DNA of 42,623 bases from Acutalibacteraceae bacterium (GCA_045656845.1 JAZORX010000072.1:1-42623), one strand, 5' to 3'. Positions 19,899 through 30,702 are shown, numbered from the stretch's first letter. Translations and numbers: made by a program. The notes: generated by a model not told the origin, from the sequence alone.

Positions 19899-20789
19899 AT
19901 GAAAAAAACATTCAAAAAATTAATTGCTGTTATGCTTACGGCTGTAATTTGTCTTAGCATTATGCCGTTCGCTTCTGCTGCAATTTACGGTGATCATGTT
20001 ATTATCAGAGGCGATGCAGACGGAGATGGCAAAGTGAATTCTTCAGATGCTCTTCTCGTTTTGCAGTATGCTGTAGGAAAGGTTGACGAGGAAGAGATCA
20101 ATTGGCAATGGGCAGACCTTAACGGAGATGATGAAATCAATTCATCAGATGCTCTTCGTATTCTTCAGATTGCTGTCGGCTCAGATAACCCGTTGAAATA
20201 CAGCGAAGAAGAGATTGTTAAATTCTATGCAGATGCTCTTACGATGTCCTGCCAGAATCCGTCTCAGATTTCATATTATTCATATTACGGATCACTGATG
20301 GAAAATGATGCCGATCCTGATGAATACTATGAATTTGATGATAATACTGAATATATCGAGTATTTTGTTGACGGATACGATGAATATGGATATTCAACAT
20401 TTGATTTTTGTCCGGCACCCTGGCTTTTGATGGACTTTGTTTCTTCTGCTGAGATAGAAATGTACGAGGGTGAGTATTGCGTTACAATTACTCTTAACGA
20501 AGAATGGTCAAGTTTTGAAGAACCCGCTCCTGCCAATACATACTGGTACACAGCAAACTATGCAGACTGTACTGTAAGTGGTGTAGAAGGTTTGACTGTT
20601 TATGATGCTTCAGCTTGTTTTTATGAAGTACAGCTTACTGCATTCATTGGTAAGGATGGCTTTGTAAACACTCTTTTTGTTGATATTCCTTTTACAATGT
20701 ATATGTCAGTCGAAGACGACTACGGTTATTACTATGCAGATTTTACTGAAACAGGAATAATCAGCGATAGTTATTTCTTTTATTTTTAA
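19899..20789 (+). CDS. Secreted dockerin-domain protein with uncharacterised Tyr/Asp/Glu-rich C-terminal domain
   Basis: Signal peptide MKKTFKKLIAVMLTAVICLSIMPFASA. Two dockerin Ca-binding repeats: GDADGDGKVNSSDALLVLQYAVG and DLNGDDEINSSDALRILQIAVG. Confidence 0.8.
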   Translation: MKKTFKKLIAVMLTAVICLSIMPFASAAIYGDHVIIRGDADGDGKVNSSDALLVLQYAVGKVDEEEINWQWADLNGDDEINSSDALRILQIAVGSDNPLKYSEEEIVKFYADALTMSCQNPSQISYYSYYGSLMENDADPDEYYEFDDNTEYIEYFVDGYDEYGYSTFDFCPAPWLLMDFVSSAEIEMYEGEYCVTITLNEEWSSFEEPAPANTYWYTANYADCTVSGVEGLTVYDASACFYEVQLTAFIGKDGFVNTLFVDIPFTMYMSVEDDYGYYYADFTETGIISDSYFFYF

Positions 20790-20794
20790 CAGAT

Positions 20795-20835
20795 AAAAAC
20801 AACAAGCGGAGTGCATTTTGCACTCCGCTTCAGCT
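20795..20835. terminator. Intrinsic terminator shared by the dockerin gene (+) and the atp operon (-)
   Basis: aagcggagtgca (20804-20815) pairs with tgcactccgctt (20819-20830). The - strand reads a better T-tail (gttgttttt). Confidence 0.8.
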
Positions 20836-21099
20836 TTATTCATCAAATTTAAACGAGCCTGAAAGTAAGGTTACGGAATTTTTATCAACAGTGAGCAATC
20901 CGCCGTCGGTTGTCGCTGTTTTTTTTGTTCCGTCCTCAAACCAGATGGTACACGGACTTTTCACAACAGATGTTACGAAAGATATGTGACCTGCCATAAT
21001 TGCAAGTTCACCTTCAGTTCCGCGGACATCAAGCTTTGCAATCTCGCCGTTGAATTTGTTTCCGTCAGGGGAAGCGACGGTAAGATTAAATGTGCTCAT
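20836..21099 (-). CDS. atpC: F1 ATP synthase epsilon subunit, beta-sandwich domain only (87 aa)
   Basis: Last gene of the atp operon, with an epsilon N-terminal-domain-like sequence (LTVASPDG..F.GE...L.V.G.EGE..I...H). The stop is followed directly by the terminator. Confidence 0.85.
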   Translation of the reverse strand: MSTFNLTVASPDGNKFNGEIAKLDVRGTEGELAIMAGHISFVTSVVKSPCTIWFEDGTKKTATTDGGLLTVDKNSVTLLSGSFKFDE

Positions 21100-21102
21100 A
21101 GC

Positions 21103-22509
<1,407 letters not shown>

Positions 22510-22512
22510 TTA

Positions 22513-23316
22513 TCAGTTGCCGCTGCCGGCAACAATTTCTGTAATCTCCTGCGTGATAGCACCCTGTCTTGCACGGTTGTATTCAAGCTGGAGGTCACTG
22601 ATCATCTGCTGCGCATTCTTCTCTGCAGAGTCCATAGCCATTCTTCTTGCGGCAACTTCACTTGCAAAGCTTTCTCTTGCGCAGATCGTTATCATTCCTG
22701 CAATGTATTCACGGGCAACATTGTTGAGCACAGTAAGATTATCCGGCTCAAAAACAATACCCGAAACATCCTCGCGTTCGCTTTTTTCAAAGGGGAGGAT
22801 CCATTTGATGTAGGCTTCCTGCGACATTACGGAAAGATATTTTGTAGAAATAATTCCGAGTTTATCAAACTTTCCTTCTGCAAAATCGGTACAGAGAGTT
22901 TCTGCAAGAGAAGCAGCCTCTTCAAAGGAATAGCTCTCGGAAGAATTGGTTGGTTGGTTATATTTTTCGCATGCACGTTTACCGATCGGGATAAACTCAG
23001 CTTCGGGGAATTCTTTTGCAAGACGGAATACATTTGCATTGTATCCACCTGCAAGACCTCTGTCACCTGCGATAACGATAATTCTCGTTTTGCCTGTGTC
23101 ACGGACCTGCATATAAGGACTTTTGAGGCTTTCTCTGTCTGCAGCGAGAATAGAGATAGTATCTTCAAGAGCCTTGCAGTAGTCACGACCCTTTTGCATT
23201 GCTTCGTTTGCCCTGCGTATTTTTGAAGAAGCGACAAGCCCCATGGCTTTGGTAAGCTGCATGGTTGATGTAACGCTCTTTATGCGCACACGAAGAGTTT
23301 TAGTGTTTCCTGACAT
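22513..23316 (-). CDS. atpG: F1 ATP synthase gamma subunit
   Basis: The N-terminal (RIKSVTSTMQLTKAM) and C-terminal (LEYNRARQGAITQEITEIV) helices are typical of gamma. Confidence 0.93.
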   Translation of the reverse strand: MSGNTKTLRVRIKSVTSTMQLTKAMGLVASSKIRRANEAMQKGRDYCKALEDTISILAADRESLKSPYMQVRDTGKTRIIVIAGDRGLAGGYNANVFRLAKEFPEAEFIPIGKRACEKYNQPTNSSESYSFEEAASLAETLCTDFAEGKFDKLGIISTKYLSVMSQEAYIKWILPFEKSEREDVSGIVFEPDNLTVLNNVAREYIAGMITICARESFASEVAARRMAMDSAEKNAQQMISDLQLEYNRARQGAITQEITEIVAGSGN

Positions 23317-23322
23317 AATGAA

Positions 23323-24813
23323 TTACACCTGCATTTCAGCAAGAATTTCTCTGAGCTTGGTTTCGTCGGCATCGTCGTAATATCCGGCTTCAATTCTTTC
23401 AAGCCATGCGCCGTATTTGTTTTCAAGCAATGCAAAAAGTCCTGCCTCATAATCACGGACACCTGAAACGGGAACTTCGTCAAGGAATCCTTTGATAACT
23501 GCATAAACGATCGCAACCTGACAGCCAACGCGTACGGGAGAATTCTTGCCCTGCTTGAGAACTTCAACGATTCTTTCACCAAGAGCAAGACGAGCCTTTG
23601 TATCTGCGTCAAGATCGCTTCCGAACTGAGCAAAGGACTGAAGCTCACGGTACTGTGAATAAAGGAGCTTCAATTCACCGGAAACCTTCTTCATAGCCTT
23701 GAGCTGAGCCGAACCACCAACACGGCTAACGGAGATACCCGGGTTGATAGCAGGCATAATACCTGAATGGAAGAGTTCCGTTTCAAGGAAGATCTGGCCG
23801 TCTGTGATAGAAATAACATTTGTCGGGATATATGCTGAAACGTCACCTGCCTGAGTTTCGATGATGGGAAGGGCTGTGATAGAACCTCCACCGTATTCGG
23901 GAGCAACGCAGGCTGCACGTTCAAGAAGACGGGAATGAAGATAGAAAACATCACCGGGGTAAGCCTCTCGTCCGGGAGGACGACGGATAAGAAGAGAAAG
24001 TGCACGGTAAGCGACCGCGTGCTTGCTCAGATCGTCGTAGATGATAAGAACATCTTTGCCCTGCTCACGGAAATATTCAGCCATTGCGCATCCGCTGTAC
24101 GGGGCAATGTACTGCAAGGGTGCGCTTTCTGATGCGCTGGCAGAAACGATGATTGTGTTTTCCATAGCACCGTTGCGAAGAAGCTCGTTTGCAAGCTGAG
24201 CAACGGAAGTGCTCTTCTGTCCGATTGCGACATAAATACAGATTACGCCTGTATTCTTCTGGTTGATAATTGTATCAACGGCAATCTCAGTTTTACCTGT
24301 CTGTCTGTCTCCGATGATAAGCTCACGCTGACCTCTGCCGATGGGGATCATACTGTCGATAGCCTTGATACCTGTCTGCAAAGGAACGCATACGCTTTCT
24401 CTTTCGATAATTCCCGGTGCCTCTGACTCGATAGGACGGGTGCCGCTGTATTCAACGGGGCCTTTACCGTCGATCGGTTCACCGAGGGCGTTGACAACTC
24501 TGCCGAGAAGAGCTTCACCGACGGGAACAGAAAGAACCTTGCCTGTTCTGTGAACGGTTGAACCTTCACGGATATCGTTTTTATCGGAAAGAACTGCGAC
24601 TGAAACTGTTTCTTCCTCAAGGTTCTGTGCAACGCCGAAGCTGCCGCCTTCAAATTCAAGCAGCTCGTTTGCCATACAATTGCGAAGGCCGTAAACTCTT
24701 GCGATACCGTCACCAACAAGGATAACCTTGCCTGTCTCGGTCATATCAATCTTCGCCTTGTAGTTTTTTATCTGATTTTTAATAATATTGCTGATTTCTT
24801 CAGGTCTGTTCAT
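23323..24813 (-). CDS. atpA: F1 ATP synthase alpha subunit
   Basis: Walker [10 protein letters not shown]; 496-aa alpha-like body. ATGA overlap with atpH. Confidence 0.97.
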   Translation of the reverse strand: MNRPEEISNIIKNQIKNYKAKIDMTETGKVILVGDGIARVYGLRNCMANELLEFEGGSFGVAQNLEEETVSVAVLSDKNDIREGSTVHRTGKVLSVPVGEALLGRVVNALGEPIDGKGPVEYSGTRPIESEAPGIIERESVCVPLQTGIKAIDSMIPIGRGQRELIIGDRQTGKTEIAVDTIINQKNTGVICIYVAIGQKSTSVAQLANELLRNGAMENTIIVSASASESAPLQYIAPYSGCAMAEYFREQGKDVLIIYDDLSKHAVAYRALSLLIRRPPGREAYPGDVFYLHSRLLERAACVAPEYGGGSITALPIIETQAGDVSAYIPTNVISITDGQIFLETELFHSGIMPAINPGISVSRVGGSAQLKAMKKVSGELKLLYSQYRELQSFAQFGSDLDADTKARLALGERIVEVLKQGKNSPVRVGCQVAIVYAVIKGFLDEVPVSGVRDYEAGLFALLENKYGAWLERIEAGYYDDADETKLREILAEMQV

Positions 24814-25340
24814 CCGATAATCACATCCTTAACTTCGCTGAGGCGGTGTCTGATACTGCCGTCAAAGGTTTTTCCTTCAACTTCAATTTTAACTCCGCCG
24901 ATTAAAGATTCATCAATAATGTAAACTGCCTCGATGCTTTTGCCCGTGACCTTGCCGAGCTTTGCACAGATATTTTTCTTCTGCTCATCATCAAGAGGCA
25001 CTGCCGAATAAATCTCGGCAACGGTAGTTGAAGAAAGCTCCATAACGAACTTTCCGAATTCATCGATACAACCCGAAAGAGTACGGGCTTTTCCGTTTTC
25101 ACAAAGGATCTTGAGAAAAGACACAACATTTTCGGGAAAGCCTTCGCTGAAGGCTTCGTCGATTGCCTGTATTCTTTCAGAAAGAGAAATTGCAGGGGAA
25201 CAAAGAAAATCAATGTATTCGGGGTTTTCTTCGATAACGCTCTTTACAGTGTCAAGGGCTGCCGTGTATTCTTCAACGGCATTGTCCTCAACTGCAAGGG
25301 TAAAGAGAGCCTCGGCATATTCTCTGTCAGTTTGAATCAT
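24810..25340 (-). CDS. atpH: F1 ATP synthase delta subunit (OSCP)
   Basis: Position between atpF and atpA, with a delta-like C-terminus ([22 protein letters not shown]). ATG at 25340 lies 6 nt after AGGTG. Confidence 0.87.
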   Translation of the reverse strand: MIQTDREYAEALFTLAVEDNAVEEYTAALDTVKSVIEENPEYIDFLCSPAISLSERIQAIDEAFSEGFPENVVSFLKILCENGKARTLSGCIDEFGKFVMELSSTTVAEIYSAVPLDDEQKKNICAKLGKVTGKSIEAVYIIDESLIGGVKIEVEGKTFDGSIRHRLSEVKDVIIG

Positions 25341-25839
25341 TTTCATCACCTATGCTTTCGATAAATGAATCAATGAAATGCTTGTGGTCGTCAGCAGAAA
25401 CCTCACGCTCGAGCATTTTCTCAGTAAGAAGTGAAGAAACCTCAATGATTTCTCTTTTAATACCTTCTTCTGCTTTCTTACGCTCAAGAAGAGCATCATT
25501 CTCAGCCTGACGGACAATACCGTCTGCCTTCTGCTTTGCTTCGGCGATGATTTCTCTTTCACGCTCATTGGCGATGTTGACTGCAGCTTTAATAACACCA
25601 TCGGCCTCTTCTTTAGCACCGCGGAGCTTTTCAGCATATTCTTTTTCCTCGGCAAGAGCTTTTTCTTTTGCAGAGGCAGCTTCGTCATAATCGCTCTGGA
25701 TAGAATTCTGACGCTGTTCAAGCATTTTTTTAACAGGCTTGTATAAAAACTTTTTCACCATCAAAAACAGCAGAACAAGGTTCGCAAGGGAAGCGAGAAT
25801 CTGCCATATATTGACTGAAATAACGTCCAGACTTTGCAT
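25327..25839 (-). CDS. atpF: Fo ATP synthase b subunit
   Basis: Single N-terminal TM helix followed by a long charged helix (AEEKEYAEKLRGAKEEA...). Confidence 0.88.
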   Translation of the reverse strand: MQSLDVISVNIWQILASLANLVLLFLMVKKFLYKPVKKMLEQRQNSIQSDYDEAASAKEKALAEEKEYAEKLRGAKEEADGVIKAAVNIANEREREIIAEAKQKADGIVRQAENDALLERKKAEEGIKREIIEVSSLLTEKMLEREVSADDHKHFIDSFIESIGDENDSN

Positions 25840-25866
25840 AAGTTTATCACTCCGAAAGAAGGTGAA

Positions 25867-26169
<303 letters not shown>

Positions 26170-27066
26170 TTAATTTTTATTTTCAACGCGTTTTTTACGC
26201 GCTTTTCGCTTTTCATATTCTTCAGCAGGGAAGCCACCTGCGATATAAAGCATCGTGAGCATTGCAAAAATGAATGCCTGCAACAAGCCACTGAAGACAT
26301 CGAGATAAATTGAAAGTACTGCAGGGATACCAACCTGAAGGAGTGGCATATCTGCAAGAAAACCGGGAAGCCAGCCGAGTATACTTGCTGAAAGTCCACC
26401 GAGGGCAGAGCATAAAAGAGCTGAGATAACTGAGCCTGAAAGGACATTTCCGTAATGACGGAAAGCCATTGATATAGGCGTTGCGATTTCACCGATAACA
26501 TTAAGAGGGGTAAGAAAAGCAACGGGTTCAGTGAATGCTTTGATATAGTAGAGCGGACCGCATTTCATCTTGTAGTAAGTGATAAGAATGAAAACGAGAA
26601 TTGCCCAACCTGCGACGATGTTGATATCGGATGTCGGCGGGAAGAGACCGAAAAGCGAAAGTAAGCTCGACACTGCAGAAAGAGCCATAATCGCAATAAT
26701 GAAAGGTGAATATGCGCTGAAATAGCTGCCCATATTCTCGTCAACGAGACCGTCAACCTTTTCAACAATCATTTCTGCAAAGTGTTGCCTTTTAAGCTCA
26801 ATCTTTTCGCTCAGACCGTGAGTGATGAAAAAGCAGAAGAAAAAGATAACCATCAGAGCTATCACGGAGTTTACCTGAGATTCCGTGATTATAAAATTCT
26901 GCAAAGGCATCGGAATTTCGAAGAATATCTTTGCACCCGTAATTGTGATGCCTTCTGTTGCAGGGTCTGTAAGCACCTGAAGAACAATGCCGAAAACAAT
27001 CGGCAATATCATCATAGCGATGTAAAACGCATCAACGATTTTAAATCTGAGGCTTTTGGTATTCAA
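26170..27066 (-). CDS. atpB: Fo ATP synthase a subunit (N-terminally extended, 298 aa)
   Basis: Conserved a-subunit region ISMAFRHYGNVLSGSV (essential Arg) and a polytopic body. TTG start lies 6 nt after AGAGGTGA. Confidence 0.9.
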   Translation of the reverse strand: MNTKSLRFKIVDAFYIAMMILPIVFGIVLQVLTDPATEGITITGAKIFFEIPMPLQNFIITESQVNSVIALMVIFFFCFFITHGLSEKIELKRQHFAEMIVEKVDGLVDENMGSYFSAYSPFIIAIMALSAVSSLLSLFGLFPPTSDINIVAGWAILVFILITYYKMKCGPLYYIKAFTEPVAFLTPLNVIGEIATPISMAFRHYGNVLSGSVISALLCSALGGLSASILGWLPGFLADMPLLQVGIPAVLSIYLDVFSGLLQAFIFAMLTMLYIAGGFPAEEYEKRKARKKRVENKN

Positions 27067-27099
27067 TTTTTATCACCTCTTCTGTATTGTTTCAAAAAT

Positions 27100-27480
27100 T
27101 TATTTTTTCATAAAAAGTGGCCTTGCGGCAATTGCAATTCTTGGGAAAATAAGAGGAATAACGACTGCAACAAGATTAAAGACGGGAACCAGATGCCCGA
27201 TAAGAGCAACAACGAGAAGCATCAGAAGACGAAGGCTCTGCGAAATCTTCATCAGCTTTTTGGCATCATCCTCCGTTTTGTCTAGAGCTGATTGAACGGA
27301 AAGTCCCATCAGAAAGAAATTGCCGACTCCACCGGCAAGGCCGAGAAGATTCCCGAGAAGAACAGTGTAGTTCCACCTGCCGAGTATCAGAAACACCGAC
27401 TGCATCAATGTGCTGAAAATCAGGGTAAAGGCAAAAATGTATGCAGTTTCTTTAAGAATTGTAGGATCGATCTTTTTCAT
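27100..27480 (-). CDS. atpI: ATP synthase protein I (AtpI-like small membrane protein)
   Basis: 126-aa, 4-TM hydrophobic protein at the first position of the atp operon. Confidence 0.7.
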   Translation of the reverse strand: MKKIDPTILKETAYIFAFTLIFSTLMQSVFLILGRWNYTVLLGNLLGLAGGVGNFFLMGLSVQSALDKTEDDAKKLMKISQSLRLLMLLVVALIGHLVPVFNLVAVVIPLIFPRIAIAARPLFMKK

Positions 27481-27519
27481 AACTTTATCATACCTTAAAA
27501 TAAAACGAACTTAACCTAT

Positions 27520-27547
27520 ATTATATCATATTTTTTAGTAACATCAA
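27520..27547 (-). promoter_or_regulatory. Sigma-A-type promoter (extended -10) of the atp operon
   Basis: The - strand reads TTGATG-16 nt-TATAAT with TGa upstream of the -10, about 40 nt upstream of the atpI ATG. Confidence 0.55.
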
Positions 27548-27577
27548 GAAAATTCAATAAATTTTAACAATTATATT

Positions 27578-27610
27578 AAAAAAGAACCTGTTCATAATCA
27601 GGTTCTTTTT
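27578..27610 (-). terminator. Intrinsic terminator after the sugar-phosphate isomerase gene
   Basis: agaacctg (27583-27590) pairs with caggttct (27599-27606), flanked by A5 and T4-5, so it could act in either direction. Confidence 0.8.
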
Positions 27611-27635
27611 CAGTGTAGTGTTATTAATCAGTTCG

Positions 27636-28502
27636 TCAAGCTTCTGCTTCAAACATATCTGCAAGCTTTCTTACGCTAGTGTGAAGATCGCAGAGCTTTT
27701 CGAAAACATTTTCAGGTTCGCAATCATCAATGTAACAGTCGGCTTCAAGGGTGAAGTATCCTCCGTAGTTTATATCCTTGAGCGCTTTTACAATGGGAAC
27801 AAAATCAATATTCATCGAAAAGGGAATCTGATGAGAATCGTGCCACCTGTCGTTATCGTGAATATGAAGAGCCTGAAGCCTTGGTCCGAGAGCATGAATC
27901 ATATTTACTGCGCCGTCTCCCGAGCCTCTCATTTCAGCGTGACCGATATCAAGGCAGGCAACCAGAAAATCGTTGTTTACAACATCGATGTGTTTGACGA
28001 AATCTTCTCCTGTTGAACAGGCTGCGAAGCTGCTTTCGTTTTTTTCGTCATCCCAGTTCCACATATTTTCCGTTGCAATTTTAACTCCGCAATCTCTCGC
28101 AAACGGAAGGAGCTCGTTATAAATCTCGGCATTTTCCTCTGCTGATTTATTATTGTCGGGATGAATTATACAGATTTCACCACCTGCTTCAGCAACGCAT
28201 TCAATGCTCCTTTTATAGTAGGAACGGATAGCTGCACACCTTGTAGGGAACGGTGCGTGAGCCTGGTTGCATACAATGCCGTTATCAAGCCCGATCTGCT
28301 TTAATCTGCGTGCAAAAGCAAGATAATTGTCTCCGGCAAGAGGATGATCGTTATCAAGAAGTATATTTTTTCTCCAGTCGTAGTTGCACATATCAAACAT
28401 CGAGAAATCCCAGGCGTCGAAGCCGGCCTTTGCGATCAGCTCGACGGCTTTTTCTTCGCCGATAATGCGGCCTGATGAAGCAATTTCTGTTGAAGTTTTC
28501 AT
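27636..28502 (-). CDS. Sugar phosphate isomerase/epimerase (xylose isomerase-like TIM barrel)
   Basis: AP-endonuclease-2/xylose-isomerase-like pattern (AGFDAWDF..., IATENMW, LDIGHAEM, ALHIHDND). ATG at 28502 lies 7 nt after AAAGGAG; the tracked TTG at 28520 is rejected. Confidence 0.78.
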   Translation of the reverse strand: MKTSTEIASSGRIIGEEKAVELIAKAGFDAWDFSMFDMCNYDWRKNILLDNDHPLAGDNYLAFARRLKQIGLDNGIVCNQAHAPFPTRCAAIRSYYKRSIECVAEAGGEICIIHPDNNKSAEENAEIYNELLPFARDCGVKIATENMWNWDDEKNESSFAACSTGEDFVKHIDVVNNDFLVACLDIGHAEMRGSGDGAVNMIHALGPRLQALHIHDNDRWHDSHQIPFSMNIDFVPIVKALKDINYGGYFTLEADCYIDDCEPENVFEKLCDLHTSVRKLADMFEAEA

Positions 28503-28531
28503 AGTAACACTCCTTTGCAAATGCTGAGTAA

Positions 28532-28560
28532 ATTATATACTTTAAAAAAGGTTTTGTAAA
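28532..28560 (-). promoter_or_regulatory. Sigma-A-type promoter for the isomerase gene
   Basis: The - strand reads TTTACA-17 nt-TATAAT. Confidence 0.45.
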
Positions 28561-28588
28561 TAAAAATAACCGGACTCATCGAGCCCGG
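28556..28588 (-). terminator. Intrinsic terminator after the four-zinc-ribbon gene
   Basis: The - strand reads ccgggctc-gat-gagtccgg (one mismatch), followed by ttatttttattt. Confidence 0.65.
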
Positions 28589-28598
28589 TCAGATGATT

Positions 28599-29372
28599 TT
28601 ATTGGATTTTCGTTCCGCATTCGATGCAGAAAACTGAGTCTGCTTCAAGAGCTGCTCCGCAGTTGGGGCAGGAAGAAGCAGCTGCCTGAACAGGAGCTGC
28701 AGGAGCGTTACCGCCAACAGGAGTTCCGCATACTACACAGAAAGCACAGTCAGGCTCAAGGGGAGATTTACAGTTTGAGCATACAGCAGCAGGTGAAACA
28801 GGAGGAACCACGGGTGCTGAAGGAGCTACGGGTGCCACGGGAGCAACAGGAGGAGCAACAGGTGCAGCAGGAGCTGCAGGAATACCTGTCTGAGTTACGG
28901 GAGCACCTGCCTGAACAGGAACTGAAATCTGCATCGGAGCGCCGCAACCTGTGCAGAATTTCATATGCTGAGGAACAATAGCTCCACAGTTTACGCACTT
29001 GCTCATTCCGTCAGGAATAACAACTGCCTTCTGAGGCAAACGATAGCCACAGGTGCTGCAGAAAGCGATATCTCCCGGAATTTCTGTACCGCAACCCGGG
29101 CAGTCGATAATGTTTCTGAGCTGCTTGATGCTTTTCTTGAGCTCTTCAGTCTGCTTGACAGCTTCCTGATATGCCTGAATATATGCTGACAAAGGCTCTT
29201 CATAATCCTGAGGATGAAGCTGCACATATGTCTTACCTATCTGGTAAAAGATAGAGTTGATTTTCTTTTCTTCTTCAGCAAGAAGGGAGTTGAACTTGGC
29301 GATATCTGCCATGTCTTTTGTTTTCTGACCGGCATTAGTAAACGCCTTGCCGATATCATCTAAAAAAGCCAT
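28599..29372 (-). CDS. Zinc-ribbon domain protein (N-terminal helical region, four CxxC-CxxC ribbons, Pro/Val/Ala linker)
   Basis: CPGCG..FCSTCG, CVNCG..FCTGCG, CSNCK..FCVVCG, CPNCG..FCIECG. The N-terminus MAFLDDIGKAFTNAGQKTKD is typical of a clostridial zinc-ribbon family. Confidence 0.75.
   Translation of the reverse strand: MAFLDDIGKAFTNAGQKTKDMADIAKFNSLLAEEEKKINSIFYQIGKTYVQLHPQDYEEPLSAYIQAYQEAVKQTEELKKSIKQLRNIIDCPGCGTEIPGDIAFCSTCGYRLPQKAVVIPDGMSKCVNCGAIVPQHMKFCTGCGAPMQISVPVQAGAPVTQTGIPAAPAAPVAPPVAPVAPVAPSAPVVPPVSPAAVCSNCKSPLEPDCAFCVVCGTPVGGNAPAAPVQAAASSCPNCGAALEADSVFCIECGTKIQ
28782..28922 (-). repeat. Imperfect short tandem coding repeats (Pro-Val-Ala low-complexity linker)
   Basis: The DNA reads ggagcaacagg/aggagcaacagg/tgcagcagg/agctgcagg. 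The protein reads PAAPAAPVAPPVAPVAPVAPSAPVVPPVSP. Confidence 0.7.
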
Positions 29373-29427
29373 AATGTATACCTCCTGAAAAGGGAAAAAT
29401 CATTTGTGAAACCAAATGTACAAAGTA

Positions 29428-29456
29428 ATTATATCAAATGTAATATTTTTTAGCAA
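29428..29456 (-). promoter_or_regulatory. Sigma-A-type promoter (extended -10) for the zinc-ribbon gene
   Basis: The - strand reads TTGCTA-17 nt-TATAAT with TGa upstream of the -10. Confidence 0.5.
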
Positions 29457-29471
29457 TACTTTTTTATGAAA

Positions 29472-30566
29472 TCACCATCTGTTTTCAACATATTCGCAGA
29501 AAGCGAAAAGGTCTTTGATTTCAATCTTTGTTCCGTCATCGAGGGTCACATCACCATTCCAGATACCGTAAACCTGATGGCAATTCATTCTGCCGACCTT
29601 GAAGTCAACATCGCTGTGGTTATCAAGAGTCGGGGTCATTGTCATATTAAAACGGCCGTCCTCGGAAATGAATTTCCATTCTTCCATAAATCTTCCTTTA
29701 GGGAATTTTTCAACATCGACTGCACCGAATTTATGAGCTTTGCCGTCGTAGAAAATCGCTGTTTCGGTTGCGTAGCTTTCGTTTCCGATTGCCCATGTGA
29801 TTTCAAAGCCGAGGCTGTGTCTGTCGCCCTTTTCGTCGTAATGATACAATGAGCCGCTGCCCCAGTACCATACCATTTTATGAACGGTGTTGACTCTGCC
29901 CCAGTCCATTGCGCAGAAGGCGGTGTCTTTTGAAACCTCGTAAACATAATCACCGTATCTGAATGTACCTTCGCAGGGCATACACATCTGCTTTGTGGTC
30001 ATAAAGTATTTTGTATCGTCTTCATCAAAGGGGAGAACAGTTGTTATATTTTCTGAATCGGGAAGAATATCCATTTTGATATTTACTTCAACGAGCTTGC
30101 CTTTATGCATCTTTTTAAACCAGAGAACACGCTCATTTTTCCTTGTATCAAAATCAAACTTTGCCTTGCCGATTTTATCCTTATAACGGTTGGGTACATC
30201 ACCTTTGACGGGAGGAACATGCTTGTTTGTGCCGATGAAATACTGCATCGCATCAACTATGACCTCGCCTGTAGAAAGGTCAGTGAGCTTTGCGCTGACA
30301 TAGCCACCGACGGTTATATTTGCGAAGCTGACGAGAATCTGCACTTTGCCGTCAGTTATTGTGTAAAAATCCCACTCTTTACGGCTCATAATTCCCTTTT
30401 TGACGAGGTTACGGTCGTATGTAAAGTAGTTGTGCCTTGCCCAACCTTTTGCAAGGAGTTTGCCGTCGGGAGAGAGCAACGGTGTTTCCTCTGTGTATTC
30501 AATCTGCTTTGAGGGCTCTTTCCAATCCTTGAAAGGGACATAGGTACGCGGTAATTCTTTACTCAT
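29472..30566 (-). CDS. DUF2804-like protein
   Basis: About 364 aa, soluble and beta-rich, with SRKEWDFYTI near the N-terminus as in DUF2804 proteins (recalled). ATG at 30566 lies 8 nt after GGAGG; the tracked TTG at 30584 is rejected. Confidence 0.6.
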   Translation of the reverse strand: MSKELPRTYVPFKDWKEPSKQIEYTEETPLLSPDGKLLAKGWARHNYFTYDRNLVKKGIMSRKEWDFYTITDGKVQILVSFANITVGGYVSAKLTDLSTGEVIVDAMQYFIGTNKHVPPVKGDVPNRYKDKIGKAKFDFDTRKNERVLWFKKMHKGKLVEVNIKMDILPDSENITTVLPFDEDDTKYFMTTKQMCMPCEGTFRYGDYVYEVSKDTAFCAMDWGRVNTVHKMVWYWGSGSLYHYDEKGDRHSLGFEITWAIGNESYATETAIFYDGKAHKFGAVDVEKFPKGRFMEEWKFISEDGRFNMTMTPTLDNHSDVDFKVGRMNCHQVYGIWNGDVTLDDGTKIEIKDLFAFCEYVENRW

Positions 30567-30660
30567 TTCAAATCCTCCGTTCAAACAAAACTGATAATTA
30601 ATTATAACAAATTAAAACCCGGATTGGTATAGCTTTTTTGAAAAAATAATATGATTTATG

Positions 30661-30696
30661 AAAAAGATAACCACTCAGGCACAGACCCGAGTGGTT
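30661..30696 (-). terminator. Intrinsic terminator after the lipase gene
   Basis: aaccactc (30669-30676) pairs with gagtggtt (30689-30696). The - strand tail is atcttttt. Confidence 0.7.
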
Positions 30697-30702
30697 GAAA
30701 GC

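Noticed and set aside
28775-28981. 68-aa Gln/Glu-rich + strand ORF
   Set aside because: It is the mirror image of the Pro-Val-Ala coding repeat of the zinc-ribbon gene on the - strand, so it is a shadow ORF.
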